Assembly: GCA_030601705.1 (NCBI GenBank)
Contig: JAUWBM010000003.1
Span: forward strand, 1 to 62,891
From: Thermoplasmatota archaeon
GTDB taxonomy: Archaea > Thermoplasmatota > E2 > DHVEG-1
Direction: 5' to 3'
Length of the DNA stretch: 62,891 nucleotides
In this document: one piece after another, positions 1 to 10,901 of the stretch
Numbering within the stretch: the first letter of the stretch is position 1
Layout: every line of letters starts with the position of its first letter
Made by a program: the position numbers and the translations under genes
Notes under the pieces: model-generated
What the model saw: the letters and a program-made list of their open reading frames with translations, nothing else
What the model was told of the DNA's origin: nothing
Database searches by the model: none

Positions 1-497
1 AAAAAGATAGAAGATATATTCAGATTGAAAAAATCATAAAAGCCAAAAAATGTAAGAAGTCCCATGGAAAAAAATACACCAGAAATCACAAATACAATTA
101 AAAATATCAGGCGAATAACTATAGGCAGTGTTTTATTTTTAATTTTAAGTTTCTTTACGGGTATAACATAAACAATTTCCTGCAATGCACCAATAGGACA
201 GAGGTAACCACAGAATATTCTTCCAAATATAAATGTAAGAATAATAAACAATATTAGACCAAGTAAAACAATTTGAACGGGTGCTCCAAGTTGCTTAATA
301 TTGCCAAGGACAAGAACTTGGAATTGATTTGGAAACATTGGTGCAAAAACCAAAAAACCCATCGCTGTGGAAATAATAAGGAATAAATATCCAATCTTTC
401 TGTTAAACTTGTCACTATGAAACAGGTAAACTAAAATAAACAAGGAAACTAGGGCATAAATCATTCCGACCATTTTTGGTATATTATCAACAATCAT
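1..497 (-). CDS. Membrane 4Fe-4S-binding protein (NapH/MauN-like), runs off the window start
   Basis: Manual translation gives hydrophobic helices and GRIFCGYLCPIGALQE. ATG at 497 overlaps the stop of the upstream permease. Confidence 0.75.
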   Translation of the reverse strand, partial: MIVDNIPKMVGMIYALVSLFILVYLFHSDKFNRKIGYLFLIISTAMGFLVFAPMFPNQFQVLVLGNIKQLGAPVQIVLLGLILFIILTFIFGRIFCGYLCPIGALQEIVYVIPVKKLKIKNKTLPIVIRLIFLIVFVISGVFFSMGLLTFFGFYDFFNLNISSIF

Positions 498-1063
498 CCT
501 TCGATACCTCTTTTTCCTTCAATTTTATTTCTTCTCTCACTCCATCCAATTATCTTTTCAATAGAAATCCCCATGATTATTACAAAAATAATTGTTAGAA
601 TTAGTCTTAAAAACATAAATTCTGCTCCAAGGAATTGAAACTCTACCATTTCCTGTGGTATTTTTATGCATGCCCATGCTGAGAGAAAAACAATAATATT
701 AGAGACGCGTGCTCCTTTCTTGATCAATGTTGCTGCCATTGGAAAAGCTATATAGAGCGGCCCTGTGGGTAATGTACCGATAAGGATAGATATTGCTATG
801 CCTTTGATTCCTGAGGTTTTTCCCAAATGTTTTACAACCGTTTCGTTTGAAATAAAAACAGCGAAAAGACCCATGATTATCATCACTGCAGGAAGAATAA
901 TAATCATCTCAATGAAATATTCCTGAGTTGTTAAGGTTACTGCTTCTGTTTTCGTTGGAAAAACCGATAGAAGAATTACGACAAAAACAATAGCAATGCC
1001 AAGGAAAAACCAATCTCGTATCATTTTCTTCTTCTGCTTTGTCTGTTTTTCTCCTGGTTTCAT
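494..1063 (-). CDS. Predicted permease (DUF318/ArsP-like), subunit 2
   Basis: Multi-TM protein with GPLYIAFPMAATL and AWACIKIP motifs. Confidence 0.7.
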   Translation of the reverse strand: MKPGEKQTKQKKKMIRDWFFLGIAIVFVVILLSVFPTKTEAVTLTTQEYFIEMIIILPAVMIIMGLFAVFISNETVVKHLGKTSGIKGIAISILIGTLPTGPLYIAFPMAATLIKKGARVSNIIVFLSAWACIKIPQEMVEFQFLGAEFMFLRLILTIIFVIIMGISIEKIIGWSERRNKIEGKRGIEG

Positions 1064-1542
1064 AGAATTATCCCCATTATAAAAGCAATTATGATTGCAA
1101 TGATGAAACTTATTCCATTTCGCAGTAGAGCTATTTTCTTTCCTAGTTCTTTTATCTCTAACGGCAAGGTAATCATCCCAATCATAGTCAACGTGGTAAC
1201 AAATGCAGCAACAGCAGTAATCGATGCACCATTTTCAAGAATTGAAGATGCCAATGGAAATGATAACAAAGCAGGGATATGCATGAGAGCCCCTACTATG
1301 CCTATAATTAGTACGCCTCCCATTCCAGATTGTTCTCCCACAAATCGTGATATTTGATCAGGTGGCACAAAACCAAGAAGCAAGGCGATTGTAATAATTA
1401 TGATAAATACCATTGGAAGTATTTTTATGAAGGATTTTCCAGCCATTTTGAGTGATTGTATTGCTTTCTTCCAGTCCTTGATGAAAGCTATTAAAAGACC
1501 TGCTATTGCTATACCATTGATGATAATTGCAGTAGCATTCAT
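1060..1542 (-). CDS. Predicted permease (DUF318/ArsP-like), subunit 1
   Basis: Multi-TM protein, 4-bp overlap with the partner gene, ALLRN motif. Confidence 0.7.
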   Translation of the reverse strand: MNATAIIINGIAIAGLLIAFIKDWKKAIQSLKMAGKSFIKILPMVFIIIITIALLLGFVPPDQISRFVGEQSGMGGVLIIGIVGALMHIPALLSFPLASSILENGASITAVAAFVTTLTMIGMITLPLEIKELGKKIALLRNGISFIIAIIIAFIMGIIL

Positions 1543-1554
1543 TTTTTCTTCCCC

Positions 1555-1911
1555 CTAGGTAGCATCTTCTTTTGTTTTAAGTAAATCAATGACAATTCTT
1601 TTTATTTTTAATTTCCAGATTTTTTCTGGTGCGCCACCACCTTCCTCTAAATATTCTGCAACCTTTATAATATTTGCATTTTTCAGTTCAGAAAGGTGGT
1701 AATAAAATCCAGGTTTCGTTAATTTCTCACCTTTTTTAATAAGATGGTTATAAATCTCTTTTGTACTCTTTTGCCCACTACCGATATATTCAATGATTGT
1801 CCATCGGGTTCGAAAACGAAGAGCTTTACCATACTTTCGAATTATAAGCCATTGTGGATGTGCATCCCCTGGTGGCTTGCAGGGAATATCATTACACATG
1901 CGTATTACCAT
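1555..1911 (-). CDS. Winged-HTH (ArsR-like) transcriptional regulator
   Basis: YYHLSELKNANII helix followed by a wing. First gene of the permease operon. Start may be 1899. Confidence 0.65.
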   Translation of the reverse strand: MVIRMCNDIPCKPPGDAHPQWLIIRKYGKALRFRTRWTIIEYIGSGQKSTKEIYNHLIKKGEKLTKPGFYYHLSELKNANIIKVAEYLEEGGGAPEKIWKLKIKRIVIDLLKTKEDAT

Positions 1912-2224
1912 AATGTTATTGTATTATACCATAATATTATGATGATATATAATAGTTTTGTTCTGAAGATTAAAAATTAGAATTTTCCAATCATTCTTAC
2001 ATTCAATCATACAAACTTGTTATTTTTCCTACTCAAAATTAATCATGTTGCACATTAACACAAACCTGGCGGGTTGAGAGCAATCCAACAGGAGGAATTC
2101 TATTCGGATTTTTATAAAAATATCGAAGTTTAGTTTTTTGTAAGTTCTTCTCACTAAACCCCTTCTTTTTCCATTTTCTAAAAAATAATGCAAACCATGA
2201 GTATACTATTTAACAAGTTAATAA

Positions 2225-2299
2225 CGGACCTGGCGGGATTCGAACCCGCGATCTACAGCTTAGGAGGCTGTCGCCCAATCCAGACTAGGCTACAGGCCC
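2225..2299 (-). tRNA. tRNA-Arg (anticodon CCT)
   Basis: Reverse complement reads GGGCCTG...ACAGC-CT-CCT-AA-GCTGT...GGTTCGAATCC...CAGGTCC-G, a full cloverleaf with no intron. Confidence 0.95.
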
Positions 2300-2354
2300 T
2301 TGAGATAAACAAAGAGTGGATAATTGTTTGATTTTTAAATATTGGTAGGCCGTT

Positions 2355-3086
2355 TTACATCGATTTATAGTTTATTGAAAAATGAGCAGACGTTGAGTCA
2401 GTATCTTTATCTTTATGACTTCTTAATTCAGAAAGTCTAATCGTTTCAAATTCGATATTTTTTGCTTTTAGTAATTTAGATATACCAGGGACATGACCAT
2501 CACCTATACACGCCATAGTTTTCTGATAATGTTCGTTTAGCTTCGTTAATTTGTTTACCATGTAGATGTCTCTTTTATCAATAAGAGTTTCTTTGATCGT
2601 TGGAAATTTTTCCCCGATTTTTTCAATATAGGAATCAAAATCATCCTGAAAATTTTTAAGTTCTTTTTCAACTCTTTTTTTACTTACAAATATACCCCCA
2701 AAGCCAGTTAATAAAAGTCTGAACTTTTCAGAAAAAGGCATAGACCTCCACATTTCTGTAAACAGATGTTGTGCATTCATATCAATGAATTCTACAGGTA
2801 ATTGATGAGACTGAGCATAGGTAATCGCTGTCAACATTTCATCTCCAGCGCTCACACCATATTCGTTTGCCATGCTCTCCTGAAATCGAGCAAGTAATTT
2901 GTATACAAGGGGTAGGTTCTTTTTTACCTCCCTATACGATTCTGGTTTATTTCGTTTCATCATAATTGCTTGAAATCGTTGTTTATCTAATTCCACACAA
3001 ACCACATCAGGATTTTTTTCATCAAATATTTTAAGAAGAGAAGAGGATAAATCAAATACATGTCCTGTACCAATCAAGACAATCAT
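2355..3086 (-). CDS. TraB/PrgY/GumN-family protein
   Basis: IGTGHV, VCVELD, ID.RD and GDGHVPGI motifs. Confidence 0.85.
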   Translation of the reverse strand: MIVLIGTGHVFDLSSSLLKIFDEKNPDVVCVELDKQRFQAIMMKRNKPESYREVKKNLPLVYKLLARFQESMANEYGVSAGDEMLTAITYAQSHQLPVEFIDMNAQHLFTEMWRSMPFSEKFRLLLTGFGGIFVSKKRVEKELKNFQDDFDSYIEKIGEKFPTIKETLIDKRDIYMVNKLTKLNEHYQKTMACIGDGHVPGISKLLKAKNIEFETIRLSELRSHKDKDTDSTSAHFSINYKSM

Positions 3087-3154
3087 AAGATTACCCTATA
3101 ACATATAACTATTAAAAGAATATCCATGAAATTTAATCTGATATTGTATGATTT

Positions 3155-4429
3155 CTAGGTTCCCTCTTGCCAGTTGTCCATGTACTCTTTTTGTGTTTTT
3201 GTAAGCTCATCTACTTTCACGTTCATGCTGTGTAACTTGTGCAATGCGATCTCTCGATCGATCTCCTCGGGCACAGGGTATACTTTTTTCTCTAACTTTG
3301 TAACATTCATTTTATTAGATAGCCATTCGGCTGTAAGTGCCTGATTTGCAAAGCTCATATCCATTACCTCACTGGGATGACCCTCAGCAGCAGAAAGATT
3401 TACCAATCTTCCTTCAGCAAGTAAATAAATGGTTTTCCCGTTCTTCAGATGGTACTCCCTCACGTTTGGCCGGATCTCTATCCACTCCTTTGAACTTTTA
3501 TCCAGGTGACCAACGTTTATTTCATTGTCAAAATGCCCGCTATTTGCTACAATAGCCCCATCTTTCATCATATCAAGCACAGGAGCATCTATTACATACT
3601 TGTTTCCAGTGGCCGTAACAAAAATATCGCCAATCCCTGCAGCAGTTTTAATCGGCATTACCCTGAATCCGTCCATTTCTGCTTCTAACGCTCTCACTGG
3701 GTTGATCTCTGTTACGATAACATTTGCTCCCATACCACAAGCACGCATTGCTATACCTTTGCCACACCAGCCATAACCACAGACAACAAATGTTTTCCCA
3801 GCAATTAATACAGAAGTAGCACGAAGAATGCCATCAATTGTTGACTGCCCTGTCCCATACCTATTATCAAAAAAATGCTTAGTCATAGCATCATTAATAG
3901 CGATGATAGGATATTCCAACTCCTTTTTTTCAGCCATAATCCGCTGCCGGTTCACACCTGTTGTAGTCTCTTCTGTACCTGCTATAACATGTTTTAAACC
4001 CTCTTTCCGAGTCGTATGCAATCTCGTCACTAAGTCACTGCCATCATCCATACTAATATCGGGTTTATGATCAAGCACTCGATCTACACACCAATAATAT
4101 TCCTTGGTATTTACACCACGCCATGCATAGACAAAAATCCCTTCTTCAGCTAGTGCTGCAGCAACCGCATCATTGGTACTAAGTGGGTTTGAGCCGCAGA
4201 GTGCAACTTTTGCACCACCAGCTTTCAATGTCTTCATAAGCACAGCTGTTTCTTTTGTAACATGCAGGCAACATCCAAGAGTTAAGCCACTTAATGTCTT
4301 CTTTTTTTCAAAATCTTTTCTTATTCTCATTAGAACAGGCATGTGATCTTCTGCCCAATGGATCAGATTTTTTCCATCTTCTGCCAGTTTAGTATCCTTT
4401 ACAGCATAATCCTTCGTTTTTGTTACCAA
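3155..4429 (-). CDS. ahcY: Adenosylhomocysteinase
   Basis: EETTTG, KHFFDNRYGTGQS, GYGWCGKG and GHPSEVMDMSFANQ motifs. Confidence 0.97.
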   Translation of the reverse strand: MVTKTKDYAVKDTKLAEDGKNLIHWAEDHMPVLMRIRKDFEKKKTLSGLTLGCCLHVTKETAVLMKTLKAGGAKVALCGSNPLSTNDAVAAALAEEGIFVYAWRGVNTKEYYWCVDRVLDHKPDISMDDGSDLVTRLHTTRKEGLKHVIAGTEETTTGVNRQRIMAEKKELEYPIIAINDAMTKHFFDNRYGTGQSTIDGILRATSVLIAGKTFVVCGYGWCGKGIAMRACGMGANVIVTEINPVRALEAEMDGFRVMPIKTAAGIGDIFVTATGNKYVIDAPVLDMMKDGAIVANSGHFDNEINVGHLDKSSKEWIEIRPNVREYHLKNGKTIYLLAEGRLVNLSAAEGHPSEVMDMSFANQALTAEWLSNKMNVTKLEKKVYPVPEEIDREIALHKLHSMNVKVDELTKTQKEYMDNWQEGT

Positions 4430-4447
4430 TTTTCTTTCAACTCCTTT

Positions 4448-5104
4448 TTATTTCAGTATAAGTTTAGCGTCAACAACACACAAATCATCCCCATATACAA
4501 AAACAGGGTTTAAATCTAACTGGTCAATATGTTCATCAAGCTCTTGACCAATTTTTGAAACTTTAATGAGGAGATCAACAACCAATTCTTTATTCGCAGG
4601 TATGTTTCTAAACCCCTCTAACAGTTTTTTACCTTTTATCTCCTCTATCATCTGTTCAGCGTCATACCTGTCAATTGGTACAACACGGAATGTTACATCT
4701 TTATAAAGTTCGGTGAAAATCCCACCGATTCCACACATGATAGAAAGACCAAATGTCGGATCCTGAACAAGGCCAACGATGATTTCAACACCTTTCTCTT
4801 CCATTTGATCGACAAGCAGATTTTCCTTTGGAAATTTTTTCCTAAACTCTTTGAACCTTTTCTTAAGTTCATCCATGTTTTGAATACCGAGCTTTACACC
4901 GCCGACATCGGTTTTATGTAAAATTTTACTAGAACACACTTTCAAAGCCACTGGGAATTTCAAATCAAGATTTTCTAAATCTTCCGGCTTGTTTACCAGT
5001 TTATAGTTCGTAGTTCGAACCCCATAAGCCTTCAATAGGTCTTTTACCTCGTTTTCAGCAAGAGGTCCTTTTCTCGTTAACATTTCTTTCAGATTTTTTT
5101 TCAT
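4448..5104 (-). CDS. Acetate-CoA ligase (ADP-forming) beta subunit, ATP-grasp
   Basis: HKTDVGGV, DPTFG and LDLNP motifs. Confidence 0.88.
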   Translation of the reverse strand: MKKNLKEMLTRKGPLAENEVKDLLKAYGVRTTNYKLVNKPEDLENLDLKFPVALKVCSSKILHKTDVGGVKLGIQNMDELKKRFKEFRKKFPKENLLVDQMEEKGVEIIVGLVQDPTFGLSIMCGIGGIFTELYKDVTFRVVPIDRYDAEQMIEEIKGKKLLEGFRNIPANKELVVDLLIKVSKIGQELDEHIDQLDLNPVFVYGDDLCVVDAKLILK

Positions 5105-5265
5105 GGCATCGTTTCCATTTTCGAGTTAATAATGTAATCCATAAGGCTCCCAGCACGAAATAGATTTAGTATTATTAAGTTTGGTGACAAAATTAAAGCG
5201 ACAAAAGTTTTAAATAAAGAATTACTTTCCTTAGCCCCTATCCGTAGCAAGAACAGGTGTACAAA

Positions 5266-5853
5266 ATGGTTAAAAACATGTATGATTACGTAAGAGAACA
5301 ATGGAAAAAACCTGATACCTCATATCAATCGCCTCTTAAAAACCGTCTTATCCAGTGGAGAAAAGAAGAAAGTTTCACGAGAGTTGAAAGGCCACTGAGA
5401 ATAGATAGAGCAAGATCGTTAGGGTATAAGGCCAAACAGGGATACATTGTTGTACGAGCACGAGTACGAAGAGGAGGCCTTAGAAAACACAAAATAAAAG
5501 GGGGAAGGAAACCCTCATCAAAAGGTATGAAAAAAATCACAGCCGCAAAAAGCATCCAAAGAATTGCCGAAGAACGTACAGCAAAAAGATACCCAAACAT
5601 GGAAGTGTTAAACTCTTATTGGGTAGGAGAGGATGGGAGATACCATTACTATGAGGTTATTTTGGTAGACTCATCACATCCCGCTATATTGAATGATCCG
5701 AAGATAAATTGGATTTCTGACCCTGCCAACAAAAGAAGGGTGCTAAGAGGAAAAACAAGTGCAGGACAGAAAGGAAGAGGGATGCTGCATAAAGGCAAAG
5801 GTGCTGAGAAAGTAAGGCCGAGCATACGTGCACATCAAAGCAGGGGAAAATAA
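5266..5853 (+). CDS. rpl15e: 50S ribosomal protein L15e
   Basis: [12 protein letters not shown] and [10 protein letters not shown] motifs. Confidence 0.97.
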   Translation: MVKNMYDYVREQWKKPDTSYQSPLKNRLIQWRKEESFTRVERPLRIDRARSLGYKAKQGYIVVRARVRRGGLRKHKIKGGRKPSSKGMKKITAAKSIQRIAEERTAKRYPNMEVLNSYWVGEDGRYHYYEVILVDSSHPAILNDPKINWISDPANKRRVLRGKTSAGQKGRGMLHKGKGAEKVRPSIRAHQSRGK

Positions 5854-5856
5854 GGT

Positions 5857-6264
5857 TTATCTTACTACCATAACAGGCTTATGAGCATATTGAACTACTT
5901 TATTTGCAACACTGCCAATCGGATACAATCCTAATGCGCTTGTTCCTTTACTACCAAGGACAATCAAATCACAATTTAAGTCATTAGCAGCATCAATAAT
6001 TTTAGCGGCAATATCTCCTTCTTCAACCAGCCCAGTCACTTCAAATTCGTGAGATCCTATATCCTCTACAACGTTATCAATGAGATTGTATGCCCTCTTT
6101 TTCAAAAGCTCATAGGCCGTTTGATCTACAAGATTTTTATCAGAGGGAACCGGTATTACCGCAAGTAAAATAAGCTTTCCATTTTCGTTGATAAGCATCA
6201 TTGCCTTGTTCAATGCGTTTTCTGATCCTTCAGATCCATCAAATCCTACTAAGATTCTTTTCAT
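5857..6264 (-). CDS. Universal stress protein
   Basis: ILVGFDGSE, DLIVLGSKG and GSVANKVV motifs. Start placed at MKRIL. Confidence 0.9.
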   Translation of the reverse strand: MKRILVGFDGSEGSENALNKAMMLINENGKLILLAVIPVPSDKNLVDQTAYELLKKRAYNLIDNVVEDIGSHEFEVTGLVEEGDIAAKIIDAANDLNCDLIVLGSKGTSALGLYPIGSVANKVVQYAHKPVMVVR

Positions 6265-6268
6265 ACTC

Positions 6269-7759
6269 TCATTTTTTCTTCCAAACAGGACCTTTAATTG
6301 TGTCCTGAAGTTCAAATCCTAGGTTCTGGAGTTCGTTTCTTATTCCGTCAGCTTTTTCCCATTCCTTTTGTTTTCTAGCTTCTTCCCTAATACCTATTAA
6401 TGTTTTTATAATTTCTTCAATACTTTTTGTCTCAATTTCTTTATCATATTTTAAAATAAGTTTTTGCAATTTTTCAAGTAATACAGTTCCATCTTGTTGG
6501 ATTTTTCTAGGTTGGAAAAGTGTCAGAGTGTCGCCTAATTTCAATAATAATTCAAGTGAATGCCTGCATAATGCAGCATCTACCTGTTCATTGTTTTCTA
6601 AAAACCTATTACTCTTATTGACAAAATCAAATATTACCGCAAATGCCTTAGGCGTGTTAAAATCATCATCCATGGCCTGTTCAAATTGCTGTTTAAACTC
6701 ATTTATTGTTGTAAGGTATTTTTTCTCTGCCTCTGTTAAATTGTTCTCATCCATTTCAATATCAGCTTTAGATGGTTCCTCTAATTTTTCCTTTAGTCTG
6801 TATATCCTTTCCAAACCCTTTTGTGTGTTTTCAAGTGCTTTTTGGCTAAAATCTGGCGGACTACGGTAATGTGCCTGAGCAAAAAACATTCTAATAACTT
6901 CAGGATTCCACTCTTTCATTAGGTCTTTAGCATTAACTATGTTTCCAAGAGATTTTGACATTTTCTCTCCATTAACTGTAAGGAGACCGATGTGCATCCA
7001 GTACATAGCGAACTGTTTTCCAGTTGCAGCTTCAGCTTGTACAATCTCATTTTCATGATGAGGAAAACGAAGATCCATACCGCCACCATGTATGTCAAAC
7101 GGCAATCCAAGATATTTACTGCTCATGGTAGAACATTCAATATGCCAACCTGGCCGTCCTTTTCCCCACGGCGATTCCCAAGATGGTTCACCCGGTTTCG
7201 CTTGTTTCCAAAGTGCAAAATCAAAGGGGCTATGTTTTTTTTCGCCAGGTTCAATACGTGTTCCAACTCTCATCTCGTCAATATTTTGGCCAGAAAGTTT
7301 TCCATAGTCTTTGAATTTTTCAACAGAAAAGTAAACATCGCCATCAGCTACATATCCAAACCCCCTGTCCAATATCTGTTGTATCATTACAATCATATCA
7401 GGAATGGTCTCAGAGGCTTTGGGATATAAGTTAGCTTTTCTTATTCCAAGATCGTCTAAATCATTAAGGCATCTATCAGCAAAACGCTCTGAATACTTGA
7501 TGGGGTCGACACCTTCCTTACTTGCTGCTGCAATTATCTTGTCATCGACATCTGTAATATTTTGAACATAGGTAACATTATATCCAATATATTCCAAATA
7601 TCTTCTAATTACATCAAATGCTAAATACGTACGGGCGTGACCAATATGTGCATCACTATAAACAGTCATACCGCAAACATACATCTTTATTTTTCCTTTT
7701 TCGACAGGAATAAATGTTTCTTTTTTTCTTGATAGTGAATTGTAGAGTTTTAATGTCAT
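6269..7759 (-). CDS. cysS: Cysteine-tRNA ligase
   Basis: HIGH, GRPGWHIEC and KMSKS motifs. Start placed at MTLKLYNS. Confidence 0.97.
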   Translation of the reverse strand: MTLKLYNSLSRKKETFIPVEKGKIKMYVCGMTVYSDAHIGHARTYLAFDVIRRYLEYIGYNVTYVQNITDVDDKIIAAASKEGVDPIKYSERFADRCLNDLDDLGIRKANLYPKASETIPDMIVMIQQILDRGFGYVADGDVYFSVEKFKDYGKLSGQNIDEMRVGTRIEPGEKKHSPFDFALWKQAKPGEPSWESPWGKGRPGWHIECSTMSSKYLGLPFDIHGGGMDLRFPHHENEIVQAEAATGKQFAMYWMHIGLLTVNGEKMSKSLGNIVNAKDLMKEWNPEVIRMFFAQAHYRSPPDFSQKALENTQKGLERIYRLKEKLEEPSKADIEMDENNLTEAEKKYLTTINEFKQQFEQAMDDDFNTPKAFAVIFDFVNKSNRFLENNEQVDAALCRHSLELLLKLGDTLTLFQPRKIQQDGTVLLEKLQKLILKYDKEIETKSIEEIIKTLIGIREEARKQKEWEKADGIRNELQNLGFELQDTIKGPVWKKK

Positions 7760-7874
7760 ATGCAGAGCGCCTTGTTTTATCGCTAATGGCAGTAAAAATA
7801 TATACTTTACTAAAAGTGTTTCCAAATTCTTTAAATATCTTTTAATGATACTCAATCAAAGATGGAGGCTTATA

Positions 7875-8987
7875 ATGAAAACTACGTTTAGCATTATTAA
7901 AGCAGATGTGGGCGGATGGCCCGGTCATGTATATGTACATCCAGATCTTAAGGAAATAGCAAATAAAAAACTCACAGAAGCACGTAAATCTGGTTTATTA
8001 AAAGATTTTCATGTTACTAACTGCGGAGATGACCTTGAACTTATTATGACGCATACCAATGGCGAAGATAGCAAAGAGGTTCATAGTCTTGCTTGGGATA
8101 CTTTTTGTGAAGCAACAGAGAAAGCAAAAGAACTAGGGCTCTATGGAGCAGGACAGGATTTACTGAAGGACGCGTTCTCTGGGAATATAAAGGGTATGGG
8201 TCCAGGTATAGCTGAAATGGAGTTCACTGAGAGAAAAGCTGAGCCAATTGTTGCATTCATGATGGATAAAACAGAGCCAGGAGCATTCAATTTTCCAATT
8301 TTCAAAATTTTTGCAGATCCATTTAACACTGCTGGATTAATCATAGATCCCAATCTTCATGATGGGTTTGTGTTTGAAGTATGGGACATTCAAGAACATA
8401 AACATGTATTCATGGAAACGCCTGAGGAGATGTATGGCCTCCTTGCACTAATAGGTGCAAAATCACGGTTTGTCATAAAACGAGTGTTTCCAAAGAAGAG
8501 TTCGAAGTTACCGTCAGATGAGCCAGTTTCGGCCATATCAACTGAAAAATTATACCAGATAGCTGGGGAGTATGTCGGCAAAGATGACCCGGCAGGTGTC
8601 GTACGAGCACAGTCAGGCCTTCCTGCTTTAGGAGAAGTTCTTGAGGGTTTTTCCCTTGGGCATCTTGTCTCTGGCTGGATGCGTGGTTCTCATAATGGTC
8701 CGCTGATGCCGGTTTCTGTTGGTCAGGCGAAATGTACCCGGTTTGATGGTCCACCACGGGTGATTGCTCTTGGTTTTCAGCTTAAAAACGGTAAATTGAC
8801 AGAGCCGGTCGACCTGTTTGATGACCCTGCATTTGATCGTACACGAGTAGAGGCACAACATATCATGGATTATATGAGAAGACATGGACCGTTTGAACCG
8901 CACCGTCTTCCAATGGCAGATATGGAATATACAACATTACCCAAGGTTATGAAAAAATTGGGAAGTAGATTCGAAAAGACGAAATAA
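7875..8987 (+). CDS. fbp: Fructose-1,6-bisphosphate aldolase/phosphatase (class V)
   Basis: IKADVG, YGAGQDLL, YVGKDDP and GWMRGSH motifs. Confidence 0.96.
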   Translation: MKTTFSIIKADVGGWPGHVYVHPDLKEIANKKLTEARKSGLLKDFHVTNCGDDLELIMTHTNGEDSKEVHSLAWDTFCEATEKAKELGLYGAGQDLLKDAFSGNIKGMGPGIAEMEFTERKAEPIVAFMMDKTEPGAFNFPIFKIFADPFNTAGLIIDPNLHDGFVFEVWDIQEHKHVFMETPEEMYGLLALIGAKSRFVIKRVFPKKSSKLPSDEPVSAISTEKLYQIAGEYVGKDDPAGVVRAQSGLPALGEVLEGFSLGHLVSGWMRGSHNGPLMPVSVGQAKCTRFDGPPRVIALGFQLKNGKLTEPVDLFDDPAFDRTRVEAQHIMDYMRRHGPFEPHRLPMADMEYTTLPKVMKKLGSRFEKTK

Positions 8988-9059
8988 TCTTCAACCTTTA
9001 GTTTTATATATTATTACCTTATTAGGGCTTCCCTTACAAGAGCATTGGAGTATAAGACA

Positions 9060-9515
9060 ATGGCACGAATGCATGCAAGAAGAAAAGGGAAATCAGGATC
9101 TACCCATCCAATTAGAAAAAAACCGCCTGAATGGAGTTCACTTAACCCTAGGGAAATAGAGGCAAGAATCATAGAATTGGCAAAGAGTGAGAAATCCACA
9201 AGCGAGATAGGGATGATTTTACGAGATCAATATGCTGTCCCAGATGTTAAAATTGCAACAGATAAAAAGATTTTACAGATACTAGAAAATAACAACATTA
9301 AATTTGAGATGCCGGAAGATCTAAGAAATCTTATAAGAACTGCATTAAAACTAAGAAAACATCTTGACACAAATAAAAAGGATTTGAAAAATAAAAGAAA
9401 TTTACAGCTTACTGAGTCGAAAATACGACGTCTTACAAAATACTATCATGCAGAGCAAAGACTTCCAAAAGGATGGAAATACAGTCCTGCCCAAGCAAAA
9501 TTAATGTTTGAATAA
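9060..9515 (+). CDS. rps15: 30S ribosomal protein S15 (S13e-type)
   Basis: MARMHARRKGKSGS start and ESKIRRL motif. Confidence 0.96.
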   Translation: MARMHARRKGKSGSTHPIRKKPPEWSSLNPREIEARIIELAKSEKSTSEIGMILRDQYAVPDVKIATDKKILQILENNNIKFEMPEDLRNLIRTALKLRKHLDTNKKDLKNKRNLQLTESKIRRLTKYYHAEQRLPKGWKYSPAQAKLMFE

Positions 9516-9556
9516 TCACTATCTTTTTTATATAGTGTAAGTTTTTACTTTTAAAC

Positions 9557-10900
9557 ATGTCAAATGATATTTCAAAATTAAGTAAAAAAGCGGCAGAAAT
9601 TGTTTTATCATTGCCAAAGTCTACTAGAATTAGAGTTGTTTCTCATTATGATGCTGATGGAATTTCTGCTGGAGGAATAATATGTAATGCTCTTTATCGA
9701 GAAGGATATGATTTTCATGCAACTCTCATGAGAAATCCTTTTGACAAAGGTCTAGAAAGACTGGCAAAAGAAGAAAATGAACTTATCATCTTTTCTGATA
9801 TGGGGAGTGGGCAGATTGAAACTATGGAAAAACTTGGATGCAAGGTTATTATTTTTGACCATCATCAATATCTTAAGTCAGAAGTTGGAAAAGATGTTCT
9901 GCAAATAAATGCAAACCTATGCGGAATTGATGGTAACTATGAATCATCTGGTGCTACGCTGAGCTTTTTCTTTGCAAAGACACTTAACGCTGAAAATGAA
10001 GATTTATCTTCGTTAGCACTAGCTGGTGCGATTGGCGATAAACAACATATTGGTGGTATCCGAGGTTTTAACAAAGAAATTTTAGAAAGTGCTCTGGAGG
10101 GAGGATTCCTGAAGGAACAGATGGGCATCAAACTTTATGGAGATTCATTATTTGATGCTCTCTATTTCTCTATTGATCCATACTACAAGGGTCTATCTGG
10201 CGATAAAGATGAAATTGAAAGGATCCTTGATAAACTGAATATTAATAAAAATACGAAAATCGAGGATATAAATAAGGATAAACTGATACGATTGCAGTCT
10301 TTTCTTTTATTCAAACTTATAAAAGCAGGCTGCCCAAAAAATATATTAGATATTACTATCAGGAAAAGGTATTTTTCTGAATCACTAGGTTGTGAATTGG
10401 AACGATTTGCAGATCTCCTAGACGCATGTGGGAAGAATGGTTATCGTGGCCTTGGGCTATCAATCTGTCTTGGTGACAGTAATGCTTTTGAGGAGGCGAA
10501 AACCGTTGAAAAGGAATACAAACAGAAAATCCTAAAATATCTCATAGAACTAGAAAAGGATGAAACAAAAGAAGTAGAAGGAATGAGGTATTTTTATAGC
10601 GAAAGTTCCTCACTTGGTGGTGTTGTTGCGGGGATTGCCATGAACTACATTCTTGATGAGAAAAAACCGTTGTTTTCGATTGCAAAAAAAGAAGATGAAA
10701 TCCATGTTTCTTGTAGAGGCAATCAGAATCTTGTAAAGAAAGGATTGGATCTTGGAGGTGCAATGAAAAAAGTCACTTCAGTACTTGGAGGACACGGCGG
10801 TGGACACAAGATTGCAGCAGGCGCTACCATAGCTTTAGAAAAAGAAAAAGAATTTTTAGAAAAGGTTGATAAAATTCTTGTACAACAATTAAAGGGATAG
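9557..10900 (+). CDS. RecJ-like DHH phosphoesterase
   Basis: HYDADG, DHH and GGGHKIAAG motifs, in the usual rps15-DHH-pcc1 context. Confidence 0.9.
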   Translation: MSNDISKLSKKAAEIVLSLPKSTRIRVVSHYDADGISAGGIICNALYREGYDFHATLMRNPFDKGLERLAKEENELIIFSDMGSGQIETMEKLGCKVIIFDHHQYLKSEVGKDVLQINANLCGIDGNYESSGATLSFFFAKTLNAENEDLSSLALAGAIGDKQHIGGIRGFNKEILESALEGGFLKEQMGIKLYGDSLFDALYFSIDPYYKGLSGDKDEIERILDKLNINKNTKIEDINKDKLIRLQSFLLFKLIKAGCPKNILDITIRKRYFSESLGCELERFADLLDACGKNGYRGLGLSICLGDSNAFEEAKTVEKEYKQKILKYLIELEKDETKEVEGMRYFYSESSSLGGVVAGIAMNYILDEKKPLFSIAKKEDEIHVSCRGNQNLVKKGLDLGGAMKKVTSVLGGHGGGHKIAAGATIALEKEKEFLEKVDKILVQQLKG

Positions 10901-10901
10901 T

